From Oculina patagonica (taxonomy: Eukaryota), in assembly GCF_052425735.1 (NCBI RefSeq), contig NC_135769.1:28086001-28150000 (forward strand): a stretch of DNA of 64,000 bases. Direction: 5' to 3'. Within the stretch, counting starts at the first letter, position 1. Each line of letters begins with the position of its first letter. A model generated the notes under the pieces. That model was not told the origin of the DNA, did no database searches, and saw only the letters and a list, made by a program, of their open reading frames with translations. Below, piece by piece: positions 62,931-64,000 of the stretch. The position numbers were made by a program, and so were the translations under genes.

Positions 62931-64000
62931 CTGCAATATTAGAAACAGAATCATATGAATTGAGTTTTTTTAGAGGAATCACAAGTGTAATGTTTACATT
63001 ATAAACAATTATAATATTCAGTCCACATCACAAGATTTCTGAAAAGAAAAATTTAATTTGTTAATGAAAGATGTACCTAAGGGGAGCTTCATGTATGTCA
63101 TGGAAGATGCCTCATGAAAAAGTTTAAATACATGTAAATTGGCAAATAAAGTAAGCAAGGCTGATACTCTGTAAAACACTTAAAGCACAATGACACAGAC
63201 CAGTCAAAATGTGCTGGCCGCCAACAATTTTGTCGCCTACAACAAAATATCTGCAGCCTACTACCGTTAAATAAATCAGGGTTAAGTTTAACTTTGCCAT
63301 AAAATCAGTTACACAATAAATTAATGTTAAAACAACATTTATCACGAGAAATATAAGCCAAAACTCAGCAACAAACTTTCTTTTAGCTCATAAAACAGCC
63401 AAAAACAGCCATATTTGAAAATCACCCCTATGATGCATTGCAAACCGTTGAAGGAAATTATGTGCATTATGCATGCTAATGGATTGTGTCTCTGTTGATG
63501 TCTAACTGAAGAAAAAGCAATATTCTAGTTGCCAAATAATTATTATTTTGGCAACACATATTGCTGTAGATGGATGTGATTGTGCTGCTAACGTACGATT
63601 TACAACTTTTCTGTACATTACAAATAAGATGGCGTCAAAACATGAGCTTGTGGCCTCTGCTGCCGACTACTCCAGCTATCTTGCCTACTACTCAAAAACA
63701 TTTTGACTGGGATGATAACATGATGAGCACAAACTAAAAGCCAAAATGCAACCGAGTATTCTACATAGTATCAGCTTTGCTTACCTTACTTTATTTGCAT
63801 TTCTATTTTTGGCAGATGTATGCTCAGAAACCTGTAATATTTGTTTAATGACTACAGGACTTGTTTTGGGATTTGTAATATCATGTAGCGTTTACTGAAT
63901 AAGATGGTAAGCAAATATAACCCAGAGCTTATTTTCAGAATTTTGGGTATTCACTACAGGACAACTCGGATTAATATTAATCCGCGGATTATAATAATAA

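Overview
AT-rich, intron-containing animal DNA. The repeat repertoire and gene content suggest a scleractinian coral or other anthozoan (inference). Bases 1-47 kb hold a head-to-tail array of six paralogous 5-exon genes on the + strand. Each encodes a signal peptide, a PAN/Apple domain, a short EGF-like module, a fibrinogen/COLFI-type N-terminal subdomain and a ~170-aa C-terminal domain. That last domain has a nearly invariant framework and five short hypervariable segments. Four units are followed by a 5'-truncated, decayed copy of the last exon covering the variable part, and flanks of a deleted seventh paralog appear to remain. The array is densely interrupted by mobile DNA: a Crypton tyrosine-recombinase element, Gypsy, RTE and Penelope fragments, Kolobok-, Harbinger- and Tc1-like MITEs, and several hammerhead-ribozyme motifs, one with an intact type I core. 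Bases 47.9-64 kb hold the 3' part of a - strand PH-domain plus long coiled-coil gene (MPRIP/TRIOBP/outspread-like) with SINE-rich introns. There are two assembly gaps (2483-2625, 33986-34140). All gene models were spliced by hand from GT-AG sites and paralog comparison; no database searches were run.
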